Assembly: GCA_051251855.1 (NCBI GenBank)
Contig: JBPOGI010000001.1
Coordinates: forward strand, 160,001 to 224,000
Reading direction: 5' to 3'
Length of the DNA: 64,000 nt
From: Roseibacillus sp.
GTDB taxonomy: Bacteria; Verrucomicrobiota; Verrucomicrobiia; Verrucomicrobiales; Akkermansiaceae
Shown: positions 10,088 through 19,230 of the stretch, in pieces
How the letters are laid out: the number at the start of each line of letters is the position of its first letter
Position numbering within the stretch: position 1 is the first letter of the stretch
The notes under the pieces: model-generated
The model's database searches: none
The model's input: only the letters and a program-made list of their open reading frames with translations
Told to the model about the DNA's origin: nothing
Made by a program: the position numbers and the translations under genes

Positions 10088-10192
10088 TCGCCTGTTCATT
10101 CGCAAGACCAGTTGGTCTTGTTTCGATAGAGGATGATGAAGGGCGCGATTGGGGGTTGATACCCACTGAGGTGGGGGCAGACTTCTGGCGTT

Positions 10193-12193
10193 GTGCGGGC
10201 TGAGGATGAACTCGATTTTCTAAAGGAGAAGGAGCGTGCGGGGCTTCTGAAGGTCGGTGTGCGAACGGCGGGTGAGCTTTTGCGGTTGTTTCCAAAGCGC
10301 TATGAAGACCGACGGCAGTTTGATGCTTTTCCTGCGCAAGCGGGGGGAGATGCGCTTTGCTTGCGAGGGATGGTGGTGGACTCGATGCAGAAGAGGTTTG
10401 GGGCGAAGAAAGGGTATTATGAAGTGGTGTTAGAAGCGCCGGGAGGAGGCGATGTTTTTGGGGGCGGGACGCTGTCTTGCCGTTGGTTCAATATGCCCTT
10501 TGTGAGCAGAATGGTGGCGGTGGGGCATGAGGTGATTGTCTACGGGCGGGTGAAGGATTCCGGAGGGAGGATGGTGATTGAGCATCCGGAGTTTGAAATT
10601 GTGGAAGGGGGCGAGTCTCTTCATGTGGATCGGGTGGTTCCGATCTATCGCGGTGTGAGTGGGTTGCCTCAGCGTAAGTTGCGGGAGTTGATGGCGAAGG
10701 TTCTGGCTGAGGTGGAGACCGAGAGTCTTTTGGCGAGCTACGATGTGGATAGTAGTTATCCGCGCTTGGAAGCGTTTCGGGAGATTCATTTTCCGGAGGC
10801 GATTGAGCAGACCGAAGCGGCGAGACGGCGATTTGCGTTGGAGGAGTTTTTCGAGATGCAGATTAAGGTGCTGTGGCGGCGGATGCGGCACGATGAGCAG
10901 AAGGGGCGTTCGCAGGGAAAGAAGACGGCGCTTTTGACGGAGTTTTATGAGTCTTTGCCTTTCGATCTTACTGAGGCGCAGAAGCGCAGTGTTCGGGAGG
11001 TGATTGCGGATATGAGAAGTGAGCGGGCGATGAACCGTCTGCTGCAGGGGGATGTAGGAAGCGGAAAAACGTTTGTGGCGCTGTGTGCGATGTTGATGGC
11101 GGTGGATGCCGGGAATCAGGCGGCGCTGATGGCTCCGACTCAGATTTTAGCAGAGCAGCACTGGTTGACCTTTTGCAAGTGGTTGGAGCCTTTGGGAGTA
11201 AAGGTAGGGCTTCTAACAGGAGCGCGGGATGAGGATGCGACGGGAGCGGATATCTTGATTGGAACTCATGCCCTGATTTATGATCGAGCGGAATTTGAGA
11301 GGTTGTCGTTGGTGGTGATTGATGAGCAGCACAAGTTCGGGGTGTTGCAGCGCGGGCGGTTGATTCAGCAAGGGATTGCGCCCGATGTGTTGGTGATGAC
11401 GGCGACTCCGATTCCACGCACTCTGACGCTGACGATTTATGGGGACTTGGATGTCTCAGTTCTTGATGAGCGGCCGGCGGGACGGGGGAAGATTGTCACC
11501 GGGGTTCGGGTGAAGCCGAAGGTGAGTGAGGTGACGAAGTTTTTAAAGGGAGAGTTGGAGAAGGGACGACAAATTTATTTGGTCTATGCTTTGGTGGAAG
11601 AGAGTGCTTCCGTGAAAGCGCAGGCCGCTACGGTGGAGTTTCCCAAGTGGCAGAAGAGATTGAAGGATTGGGAGGTGGAGCTTTTACATGGCAAGATGGC
11701 TCCGGAAGAAAAAGATGCGGTGATGGCGCGCTTTCGGGCGAACGAGACGCAGGTCCTGGTTGCGACGACGGTGATCGAGGTAGGGGTCGATGTGCCGAAT
11801 GCAAATGTGATGGTTATCTGGAACTCGGAGCGTTTTGGGCTCGCACAATTGCATCAGTTACGCGGCCGTATTGGGCGAGGAGAGCACAAGAGCTATTGCA
11901 TTCTGAGCAGCGATGGAAAGACGGGGCAAGAGAAGTTGGAGGTGATGGCGGGGACGGACGATGGCTTTAAGATTGCGGAAGCGGATTTGACTTTGCGAGG
12001 CCCGGGGGAGGTTCTGGGGACGATTCAGAGTGGTTTGGGGGAACTGGTATTTGCAGAGTTTCTTGCGGATGTCGACATGGTGCGGGAGGCTCGGAGGTTG
12101 GCAGATGATGTGTTGAAGAGGGACCCAATGCTGGAGGAGTATCCTTTGTTAAGGAAGGTGGCGGAGTCGGGGAATGCGTTGACGGTGGCGTGA
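10193..12193 (+). CDS. recG: ATP-dependent DNA helicase RecG
   Basis: RLLQGDVGSGKT, DEQHKFG, MTATPIPRTL, QLHQLRGRIGRG, TRG-motif RGPGE. Confidence 0.97.
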   Translation: MRAEDELDFLKEKERAGLLKVGVRTAGELLRLFPKRYEDRRQFDAFPAQAGGDALCLRGMVVDSMQKRFGAKKGYYEVVLEAPGGGDVFGGGTLSCRWFNMPFVSRMVAVGHEVIVYGRVKDSGGRMVIEHPEFEIVEGGESLHVDRVVPIYRGVSGLPQRKLRELMAKVLAEVETESLLASYDVDSSYPRLEAFREIHFPEAIEQTEAARRRFALEEFFEMQIKVLWRRMRHDEQKGRSQGKKTALLTEFYESLPFDLTEAQKRSVREVIADMRSERAMNRLLQGDVGSGKTFVALCAMLMAVDAGNQAALMAPTQILAEQHWLTFCKWLEPLGVKVGLLTGARDEDATGADILIGTHALIYDRAEFERLSLVVIDEQHKFGVLQRGRLIQQGIAPDVLVMTATPIPRTLTLTIYGDLDVSVLDERPAGRGKIVTGVRVKPKVSEVTKFLKGELEKGRQIYLVYALVEESASVKAQAATVEFPKWQKRLKDWEVELLHGKMAPEEKDAVMARFRANETQVLVATTVIEVGVDVPNANVMVIWNSERFGLAQLHQLRGRIGRGEHKSYCILSSDGKTGQEKLEVMAGTDDGFKIAEADLTLRGPGEVLGTIQSGLGELVFAEFLADVDMVREARRLADDVLKRDPMLEEYPLLRKVAESGNALTVA

Positions 12194-12223
12194 GCGGTGG
12201 TTGTTGAAGGTTTTGTTTTTCGA

Positions 12224-12277
12224 CGCAGAGCCGCAGAGGACGCGGAGTATTCGCAGAGAGTCTTTTCGATTTCTGCG
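12224..12277. repeat. Cluster of CGC[A/G]GAG heptamers
   Basis: cgcagag 12224, cgcagag 12232, cgcggag 12241, cgcagag 12252, inverted tctgcg 12272. Confidence 0.7.
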
Positions 12278-12356
12278 TTCTTAAGTGAGTGTTGCGCGGT
12301 TGGAATGGTCTGCTATTCTTTCAGCAGTGGAAATGGTCGAATATTAGGGTCTTCGG

Positions 12357-12533
12357 ATGACACGTGAGGCAGCGGAAATTGCTGAACGGGAGGGAATCGA
12401 TGTGTGGTTGATTAAGAGGCAATTGGAGAAGAGTCCGACTGAAAGACTTTTGGAAAACGAAAGCGCAAAGACACTGCTTACTAAGCTGCAAATTGCGGGA
12501 AAGGTTTTGAGGGGTGAACGCGAGTCTTGTTGA
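12357..12533 (+). CDS. 58-aa protein upstream of nucleotidyltransferase (putative antitoxin/partner); not in ORF track
   Basis: MTREAAEIAEREGIDVWLIKRQLEKSPTERLLENESAKTLLTKLQIAGKVLRGERESC*; overlaps next start; TAGGGT 6 nt upstream of ATG. Confidence 0.65.
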   Translation: MTREAAEIAEREGIDVWLIKRQLEKSPTERLLENESAKTLLTKLQIAGKVLRGERESC

Positions 12534-12990
12534 TTTGTTACGACGGATCTCTGATGCGGAGGTTGAGTGTATCCTCATTGGAGGAATGGCGGCAAATGTT
12601 CATGGAAGCACCTTGGCGACGTTCGATTGCGTTGTGGTCGTGGTGATGACTCCAGAAAATTTGACCAAAATTTGAGAGGCCCTTGAAGGAGTTTCCGCAA
12701 AATTCAGACACAAAGAACCTCCTGTTTGGTTTACGCGAGAAATGGCGAGTCGAACAGATTGGAAAAATATCTATCTTGAGACTGGGTTAGGTGTCTTAGA
12801 TTGTTTGGGAGAGGTGAAAGGGGTGGGTGACTACTACGATTGCTTGAAGGATAGTGTCGAAATCGAAGTTGATGGTTTTCCGGTTCGGGTGATGGGGCAC
12901 CAAAATTTGATTAGAGCCAAAGAGGCCATCGGCAGGCCTAAAGACCTGCAGGCGGTGGCGCAGTTGAAGATTGCGAACGGCTTGGAGTAG
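12514..12990 (+). pseudogene. Nucleotidyltransferase-family protein interrupted by in-frame TGA (12673-12675)
   Basis: GTG start; ILIGGMAANVHGSTLATFDC...LTKI*EAL...NLIRAKEAIGRPKDLQAVAQL, in frame with listed ORF 12742-12990. Confidence 0.75.
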
Positions 12991-13040
12991 GAATTGGCGG
13001 GTGGGCCTCTCCTTGGACTGGTTTGCTATTTTGACTGCAG

Positions 13041-13415
13041 TTACTTTTCGAGAATCTCGACTTCGTAGCCGTCGGGGTCGGTGACGAAGGCCATTTTGCG
13101 CTCGCCACTGGAGAATTTTTCGCGCCAGCCTGAGGGCCAGATTTCGATGCCGTCTTTTTCGAGCTTGTCGCAGTATTCGATGATGTCGGAGACGCCGACG
13201 GCGGTGTGCATGAGGTCTTCGGGGAACTCGACTTTGTAGTCGGGGGAATAGGTGAGTTCGAGGAAGTGGTCGTTGCCGGGGAGGTTCATGAAGGCGAGTT
13301 GATTGCCTTGGGGGGAGGTCTTCTGTTCGCCGGTCTCGAAGCCGAGCTTGTTGTAGAAAGCGATGGAGGCGTCTGGGTTCGAGACGCGAATGCGGGTGTG
13401 TAAGAATTTGATCAT
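13041..13415 (-). CDS. VOC/glyoxalase (lactoylglutathione lyase-like)
   Basis: FLHTRIRV, LELTY, HTAVGV, AFVTDPDGYEVEI. Confidence 0.88.
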   Translation of the reverse strand: MIKFLHTRIRVSNPDASIAFYNKLGFETGEQKTSPQGNQLAFMNLPGNDHFLELTYSPDYKVEFPEDLMHTAVGVSDIIEYCDKLEKDGIEIWPSGWREKFSSGERKMAFVTDPDGYEVEILEK

Positions 13416-13438
13416 GGAATAGAGTTGTTAGTTGATCG

Positions 13439-14887
13439 TTATTGGTTGTTTGGAATTTGAATGTCGGTTGGCTCGGTGGGTGGGTTGGCTCCGGGGAGTT
13501 GGGGGGTGACGCGAGCTTGCCAGATATAGCGGGAGAACAGGACTTTGACGGCGGCAGTGAGGGGGACGGCCATCAAGGCTCCGAGGAAACCGCCGAGGAG
13601 GAGTGACCAGAAGAGGATGGAAAAAATCACGGTCATGGGGTGGAGTCCGACAGAGTCGCCGACGATTTTCGGGGCGGTGACGAGGGAGTTGATTTGTTGG
13701 ACGACGAGGAAGATACCGATGACGGCGCCGACGTAGGCCCAAGGATTGTCCCCGAGCCATTGGTGGTTAGCGTCGCCACCGCCGAAGTGTATGAAGGCGA
13801 TGATGGCGGCGGGAATCATGCAGAGGATGTTGCCGATAAAGGGAAGGATACCAAGGACGGCGAGAGCGAGGCCAATGAGGAATCCGTAGGGAAGCTGGAA
13901 GATCGAGAGGGCGATGCCTACGAGAATGCCGTCGATGAGGGAGACGAGGACTTGACCTCGGAAGAAGGAGATGAGGTAGCCGTTGATTTCGGAGACGGTA
14001 GAGACGACTTCGTCTTTGAATTTGGAGGCTTTGAGAGGAATGTATTCGTGCCAAGTGGCTTTGATTTTCGACGACTCGTTGAGGAAATAGTAAAGGTAGA
14101 CTGGGACTAAGAGAAAGCCGAGTAGGTAACCAAGGAGACCGAATACTTTGGTGGATGCTTGGAGCCATTCGAGGGCAGTTTTAGTGAGGGTTTTCCAGTT
14201 TTGAGTGAGAAGGGTGCCCAGTTTTGTGTCGTCAAACTTTAGGTCGTTCCAAAGTTTTTCGTAATCCTTCGCGGCATCTGTTTCGGCTTTTGAAATGGTT
14301 TGAGTGACATAAGATTTGCCCTCCTGTTTGTCTTCCTCTTTGAATTTGATTCCATCGACAATGGTGGTGCCCTTGCGAGTGATATAGTGGGAGAGTCCTT
14401 TGTCTTTGTAGATGGGGAAGGGGTAGGGCTTGGGGACCACTTCTCCAGTTTCGGAGTCTACTGGACCAGTGGCCCAATCGACAAGGGGACGGGCACCAGG
14501 GATTCGATCTTGAAGCTTTTGTAGCGAGTTAACGACGCTTGTGCCAAGCTTCTCGTCGTCGCCAACAAGCTTACCCCCTTGGTCGATGAGCTTGGGAATG
14601 AGAAAGGTGAAGAAGAGCGCTACGATAATGGTGAAGGCTCCGAAGACAGCAAGAACGGCTTTGAGTCGGGAGAGTTCGCGATTTTTTTGAAGCCAAGCGA
14701 CGAGAGGGTCGAGAAGGTAGGCGGTGATGCCCGCCACAGCTAATGGGACGAGAACGGGTTGGAGATAGCCAAGAACTTGTCCGCTCAGCCAGATAATGCC
14801 CACGAGGATGGCTCCGAGGAGCACGATTGCGAGGCCCGTGCCGGCGGACCAGAGGGTGCGTTTTTGAAAATCGTTGGGGTAGGGCAT
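13439..14887 (-). CDS. AI-2E family transporter
   Basis: AYLLDPLV, FFRGQ, PKIVGDSVGLHP, GALMAVPLTAAVK. Confidence 0.88.
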   Translation of the reverse strand: MPYPNDFQKRTLWSAGTGLAIVLLGAILVGIIWLSGQVLGYLQPVLVPLAVAGITAYLLDPLVAWLQKNRELSRLKAVLAVFGAFTIIVALFFTFLIPKLIDQGGKLVGDDEKLGTSVVNSLQKLQDRIPGARPLVDWATGPVDSETGEVVPKPYPFPIYKDKGLSHYITRKGTTIVDGIKFKEEDKQEGKSYVTQTISKAETDAAKDYEKLWNDLKFDDTKLGTLLTQNWKTLTKTALEWLQASTKVFGLLGYLLGFLLVPVYLYYFLNESSKIKATWHEYIPLKASKFKDEVVSTVSEINGYLISFFRGQVLVSLIDGILVGIALSIFQLPYGFLIGLALAVLGILPFIGNILCMIPAAIIAFIHFGGGDANHQWLGDNPWAYVGAVIGIFLVVQQINSLVTAPKIVGDSVGLHPMTVIFSILFWSLLLGGFLGALMAVPLTAAVKVLFSRYIWQARVTPQLPGANPPTEPTDIQIPNNQ

Positions 14888-14981
14888 CGGTGTCTGCCAC
14901 TAGCCAACGCTATCGAGCCAAAAACGGAAGTCCGAAAACTGGCAAATGTTGTAACTGACGAGGCTCTAAAAGAAGAGCCGG

Positions 14982-15872
14982 TTACTTGAGCTTGTCGAGG
15001 ATGCCGTTGACGAAGCCGGCGGACTCGATGCCGCCGAAGCGTCGGGCCACTTCAATGGCTTCGTTGATACTGACGGCGGGCGGGATATCGGGGCAGTGCC
15101 TGAGTTCGGTGACGGCGAGTCGGAGGACGGCGCGGTCGACTTGAGCGAGGCGGTCAGGGGCGAAGTTCTCGAGATGCTCGGCGATGAGCTTGTCGGAATC
15201 TGCGAGATGGATGGTGACGAGTTGGTGGAGGGACTCGGTTTCGCTTTGGAACAAGTCGCGTTCGGCGATGGCCTCGCGGAGGGCATCGACTTCGCGGAGT
15301 TCGGGAAGTGTTTCGGAGAGAAGAGAGCGGAGGAGGTCGCCGGTTTCGCGGAGGGGTGGAAGGGCTTTGGCGAGATGCTTGAGAGGTTCGGGGCAGGCTT
15401 CGAGGGGGCCAAGCGCTGTTTCGAGGGCTGTAAGAGCATCAAGCGAGCTTTTGTTGGCTTCGCGAATGCGTTCCATGGTTTCCGAGATGGCATCGGGCTC
15501 TTTTTCGGACTTGAGCTGACGACGCAGAAGGTCGAGAAGTTCGGGGAGCTTTTCCTCGGAGGTGAGGATTTGGCGAAAATTGCGAGGGGCGGACTTTTCT
15601 TCGAGATAGCTTTCGATGAGAGGGAGGGCCACTGCTCGTTGGGCGTGAACCTTTTTAAGGCGGCCGGGTCGATTCTGTTGCAGATGGAGAATGGCGCGGG
15701 CGCGGGCGCGCACGATTTTGGCCTCGGGCTGGGCGAGGATGAGGGGCCAAGGATCACCTGCTCCCTCGGTATTGCTTTGTGCCGAGTGCATGAGTTGCAC
15801 GGTTGCTTCGCGCACTTGACGGCGCGCGACAGTCGGCTTTTTAGGAGAAGGAGATGGGTCAGGTGAATTCAT
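14982..15872 (-). CDS. nusB: Transcription antitermination factor NusB with long internal insertion
   Basis: ARRQVREATVQ at N-terminus; VDRAVLRLAV...VSINEAIEVARRFG...FVNGILD at C-terminus; follows ribH. Confidence 0.88.
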   Translation of the reverse strand: MNSPDPSPSPKKPTVARRQVREATVQLMHSAQSNTEGAGDPWPLILAQPEAKIVRARARAILHLQQNRPGRLKKVHAQRAVALPLIESYLEEKSAPRNFRQILTSEEKLPELLDLLRRQLKSEKEPDAISETMERIREANKSSLDALTALETALGPLEACPEPLKHLAKALPPLRETGDLLRSLLSETLPELREVDALREAIAERDLFQSETESLHQLVTIHLADSDKLIAEHLENFAPDRLAQVDRAVLRLAVTELRHCPDIPPAVSINEAIEVARRFGGIESAGFVNGILDKLK

Positions 15873-15895
15873 ACCAAGGGTGTGGGAGAGACTCC

Positions 15896-16387
15896 CTAAC
15901 GCGCTCGGGCCACCCGGGTCAATTCTTTGCACACTTCCATCATGCTTGCAGCCGCTCGAGCGGCATCGACTCCGCGGTTCATTTCGACTCCTAAACAGCG
16001 CGCATGAGCCTGTTCGTGAGTCTCGACGAGCAAGACCTCGTGAAGGATGGGAGTGTTGTAGTGGAGGGAAAGTTGGAGGAGTTGGTCGGTGACGGAGGTG
16101 GCAACCAGCTCAGCGTGAGCGGTTTCTCCTTCTAAGATGAGTCCTAAACAAATGACGGCCGAAGGGGCTTCGTTTTCGAGCACGAGCTTGGTGGCGAGTG
16201 GAATCTCGAATGCTCCGGGGACGCGAATGAGGTCGACGCGAGCGCTTGGGACCAGAGTGGAAAGTTCGTCGATGGCTGATTCAACCAGACCATCCGTGTA
16301 TTCCTGATTAAACTGAGAGGCGATAATGGCAAGTTTATGCCTTCCGCTAGTCGGAATGCGGGGTTTAGGAGGGACCGAGAGACTCAT
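15896..16387 (-). CDS. ribH: 6,7-dimethyl-8-ribityllumazine synthase
   Basis: ASQFN, VPGAFEIP, ICLGLILEGETAH. Confidence 0.93.
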   Translation of the reverse strand: MSLSVPPKPRIPTSGRHKLAIIASQFNQEYTDGLVESAIDELSTLVPSARVDLIRVPGAFEIPLATKLVLENEAPSAVICLGLILEGETAHAELVATSVTDQLLQLSLHYNTPILHEVLLVETHEQAHARCLGVEMNRGVDAARAAASMMEVCKELTRVARAR

Positions 16388-16456
16388 GAAGGCAAGATTT
16401 ATGGAAAGGGGAGGTCATCTTGTCAAACGACGAGTGGAATTTGCCCGCCATCAGGC

Positions 16457-16753
16457 TCATTCTGATAACTTCTTGCGGAGAAAGGGGTCAGCAAAAAGAA
16501 AACCGAGTGGAATCAGGGAAGAGAGGCCAATGAGGAAGGCGAAGAGTAGGGTCCACTTGGCCTCGAGCCAGGCGAGGAAAAGGACGAGGGCGAAGAGGCA
16601 AAAGAGGCCGCCATGAACGCGACCGGTCCAAGCGACGGGTTCGTGGTCTCCGGTTTGGGAGCGATAAACCATGGCTCCGATGAGTACGAGCCAGGAGAGG
16701 CCTTCGATGAGGGCGACGAGGCGAAGGGCTTGGATGTGTTTCCGCGCGGTCAT
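16457..16753 (-). CDS. DUF3817-like membrane protein
   Basis: ALIEGLSWLVL...GRVHGGLF...SLIPLG. Confidence 0.75.
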   Translation of the reverse strand: MTARKHIQALRLVALIEGLSWLVLIGAMVYRSQTGDHEPVAWTGRVHGGLFCLFALVLFLAWLEAKWTLLFAFLIGLSSLIPLGFLFADPFLRKKLSE

Positions 16754-16816
16754 GATGGGACTTTGGTGCTCAGGATTGACTGGAAAAGTCGAGACTGTTT
16801 GGGAGAGAAGGCCTTC

Positions 16817-19204
16817 TTAGATACTTTCGAGGGTGTTGCCCTCCAGCCAGCCTCGGCTGCCGTTAGGTAGCTCGATATAGGACCAGTTGCCGCGCTCGGT
16901 GAGAATACGGCAAGAGGTGGTAGGAGGTGCGTTGAGGATGACGCTGCCGCCAGCAGAGGGTTCGGTGCGGACTTCGGTAGACTCTTTGCTGATGAGCACG
17001 GCGTTGGGTGCAGTGAGGCTCGCGGGAGGGCCGGGGTGAAAAAAGCGAATGGCACCCATGAGGAGTGTGAGCATCACAGTGACGATGAGACCCAAGGTGG
17101 AAACTTTTTGCACGCGGGAGCTAGGGCGAACAAAGCGAATGAGTAAGAAAATGATAAAGAGCCACATCAGCAACAGAAGAAGATTGTTTAAGAGTGGAGT
17201 ATTGAGGCGCTGGGCCCAGATGGGGTTGTCGTCCTCTAGTTGGGGAATGGCTCCCATCTTCCGTTCGAGAAAGGCAAGGTTTTGGCGGGATTCGGGGTGG
17301 CTGGGATCGAGGGCAAGGGCGCGATGATAGTAAAGAGCTGCTTTGCCGGGTTCGCCGAGGCGGTAGTAACTGCTGCCAGCGTTGTAAAGAAGGTCGGGGG
17401 TGGTTTCGTCTTTAAGAGAGAGGAGGGTGGCATCGAGAGACTCTTGGTAGTTGCCCTTCTCCCATGCAGTTTGGGCTTGGGAATCAAAGGCTTCAGCGGT
17501 GGAGGGGTGAGAGATGAGGAGAAGGGTTCCTAACAGAATTATTTGACCTAGCCTTTCTTTGAGGCCAGAGATGATTTCTTGGCGACGCTTGCGAGGGAGT
17601 TCCTCTTTGGCTTCGCCGGGCTGGAAGCAGTTCTGGTCCCGTTCTTCGAACAGCTTGTTGAGGAAGTCGTCGGAAGGGAGTTCTTGGCTTTCGGCGAGGT
17701 GGCCGGCAGCACGAAGGAAGGCTCCGGAGTTCTTTTCTTTTTCCAGATCTTGGAGCTCGGAGCGAAGACGGTCTTTAGATGAATCTGATCTCTTGAGCTT
17801 GGGCAACTGCCGTTTGGCGATGAGGGCGAGCAGGGCAAGGACGATGAGGGCGGGAATGAGTTGCCACCAGAGTCCGATACGGAAAGGTTCACGGGCTTGA
17901 AAGGGTTTGGGCGGAATGAGTCCGAGGATGTCTTGCATCTCGGCGATGGGGACCAGACCTGCCTGGGGAATCCCATTAGAGATGGAGTCGGCGGGAGAGA
18001 GGTTGAGGGGGATGGGCTCGCTGCGGAGGGTCTCGTATTTGGCGGTCTTGGGATTAAAGAAGGCGAGGGTGAAGGAGGGGACTTCTTTGATCGGGACCAT
18101 GGGGCGCAGAATTTGGCTGAAGGAGACGGAGCCTTGGTTGGTGCGGCGGGCGCCGTCTTTCTCGTTGCGGGAGGTCGGATAGAGTTTCCAGTTAGACTCG
18201 GGAGCATCGATGACGGGAGGGGCGAGGGTGTCGAGATTTCCTTGGCCCGATACGGTGAGGTCAACCATGACGGGGTCTCCGGGCTTGAGCTCGGTGGTGA
18301 TGTCGAGGGAGGCTTCGAGATTAAAGTCGCCGACCGCTCCTTGAAATCCGGCAGGGGCGCCTTTGGGGAGAGCTTTGGCAGTGAAGCTGACGGCGGGGAG
18401 TTCGAGTTCGACATTGTAGCTGCGGCTGAAGGAACTGAAGAAGCCGGGGCGTTGATTGCGGGATTGGACTTGGACTTGCAGGCCTTGGATCTTCCCGGGT
18501 CCAACAGTGACCAGACCGTCGCCGAGGGGGGCGGCAAAAGTGACGTAGTTGGCGACCTGATAGCGCCGGCCGTCGATGCGGACTTGGCGAGGGCGCAGGG
18601 CGTGAGGGGGACGAGGGTTGACTTGTTGGTCGTAGTTTGGAGGGGAGGGCGCTTCCAAGCGCCAGGCTCCGATGTTGTCCTTTTCGATTTCGGCAAAGCC
18701 AGTGCTGCCCACGGGTAGGTCAACGGGGAAGAGCACTTTGGCAGTGATGGGCACGGATTGACCGGCGTAGATGGGGCCAGAAGGAAAGAGGACGATGGTT
18801 CCGATGCGGTGGCTGTCGCTGCCGATGTTTAAGGTCTTCCATTCGATTTTGTCGGTGGGGAAGACTTCCATCGAGAATGACTGGGTGGCCTCGGTGCCGG
18901 ACTTGAGAGGAACTTCGAAGGCGGGGACCTGGAAGGTGCCTGCGACTTTGGAAGAGACTCCGATGTTGCCACTAAAGATGCGCCGACCCAGAACATCAGG
19001 TTGGAGGGTGCTGAAGATGAGGGCGCTCTCTTCCTTGGCATTGAGTGCGCCTGAGGGTTGTTCCTCGATTACTTGTATATTGAGAAGTGCTTCCTCGCCC
19101 ACGAGGACATGTTGCAAGGGGAAGAATGAAGAAACATCACCGGCTTCTTGGGCCGAAGCCCAGAGCGAGAAAGAGAGTAGGAAGCTGAAAAGTAGGCGCA
19201 TCAT
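16817..19204 (-). CDS. BatD-like protein fused to BatE-like TPR/SH3 C-terminus
   Basis: FQGAVGDF BatD motif; TPR YNAGSSYYRLG...YYHRAL; C-terminal WSYIELPNGSRGW. Confidence 0.8.
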   Translation of the reverse strand: MMRLLFSFLLSFSLWASAQEAGDVSSFFPLQHVLVGEEALLNIQVIEEQPSGALNAKEESALIFSTLQPDVLGRRIFSGNIGVSSKVAGTFQVPAFEVPLKSGTEATQSFSMEVFPTDKIEWKTLNIGSDSHRIGTIVLFPSGPIYAGQSVPITAKVLFPVDLPVGSTGFAEIEKDNIGAWRLEAPSPPNYDQQVNPRPPHALRPRQVRIDGRRYQVANYVTFAAPLGDGLVTVGPGKIQGLQVQVQSRNQRPGFFSSFSRSYNVELELPAVSFTAKALPKGAPAGFQGAVGDFNLEASLDITTELKPGDPVMVDLTVSGQGNLDTLAPPVIDAPESNWKLYPTSRNEKDGARRTNQGSVSFSQILRPMVPIKEVPSFTLAFFNPKTAKYETLRSEPIPLNLSPADSISNGIPQAGLVPIAEMQDILGLIPPKPFQAREPFRIGLWWQLIPALIVLALLALIAKRQLPKLKRSDSSKDRLRSELQDLEKEKNSGAFLRAAGHLAESQELPSDDFLNKLFEERDQNCFQPGEAKEELPRKRRQEIISGLKERLGQIILLGTLLLISHPSTAEAFDSQAQTAWEKGNYQESLDATLLSLKDETTPDLLYNAGSSYYRLGEPGKAALYYHRALALDPSHPESRQNLAFLERKMGAIPQLEDDNPIWAQRLNTPLLNNLLLLLMWLFIIFLLIRFVRPSSRVQKVSTLGLIVTVMLTLLMGAIRFFHPGPPASLTAPNAVLISKESTEVRTEPSAGGSVILNAPPTTSCRILTERGNWSYIELPNGSRGWLEGNTLESI

Positions 19205-19230
19205 AGTGAGTGAAAATGGGTGAAAAAAAG

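Noticed and set aside
8432..10105. 557-aa minus-strand ORF
   Set aside because: Antisense shadow of 8786-10087 and trkH; Arg/Pro/His-rich with no motifs.
2402..12675. Genome-wide TGA recoding (Trp/Gly) or selenocysteine to explain the two in-frame TGAs
   Set aside because: Conserved genes here (trkH, recG, ribF, tatD) end properly at TGA, and TGG is used for Trp. Neither site is a redox Cys position and I saw no SECIS-like hairpin.
17548..18723. 391-aa Pro/Ser-rich ORF
   Set aside because: Alternate frame within the BatD-like gene; composition reflects codon bias.
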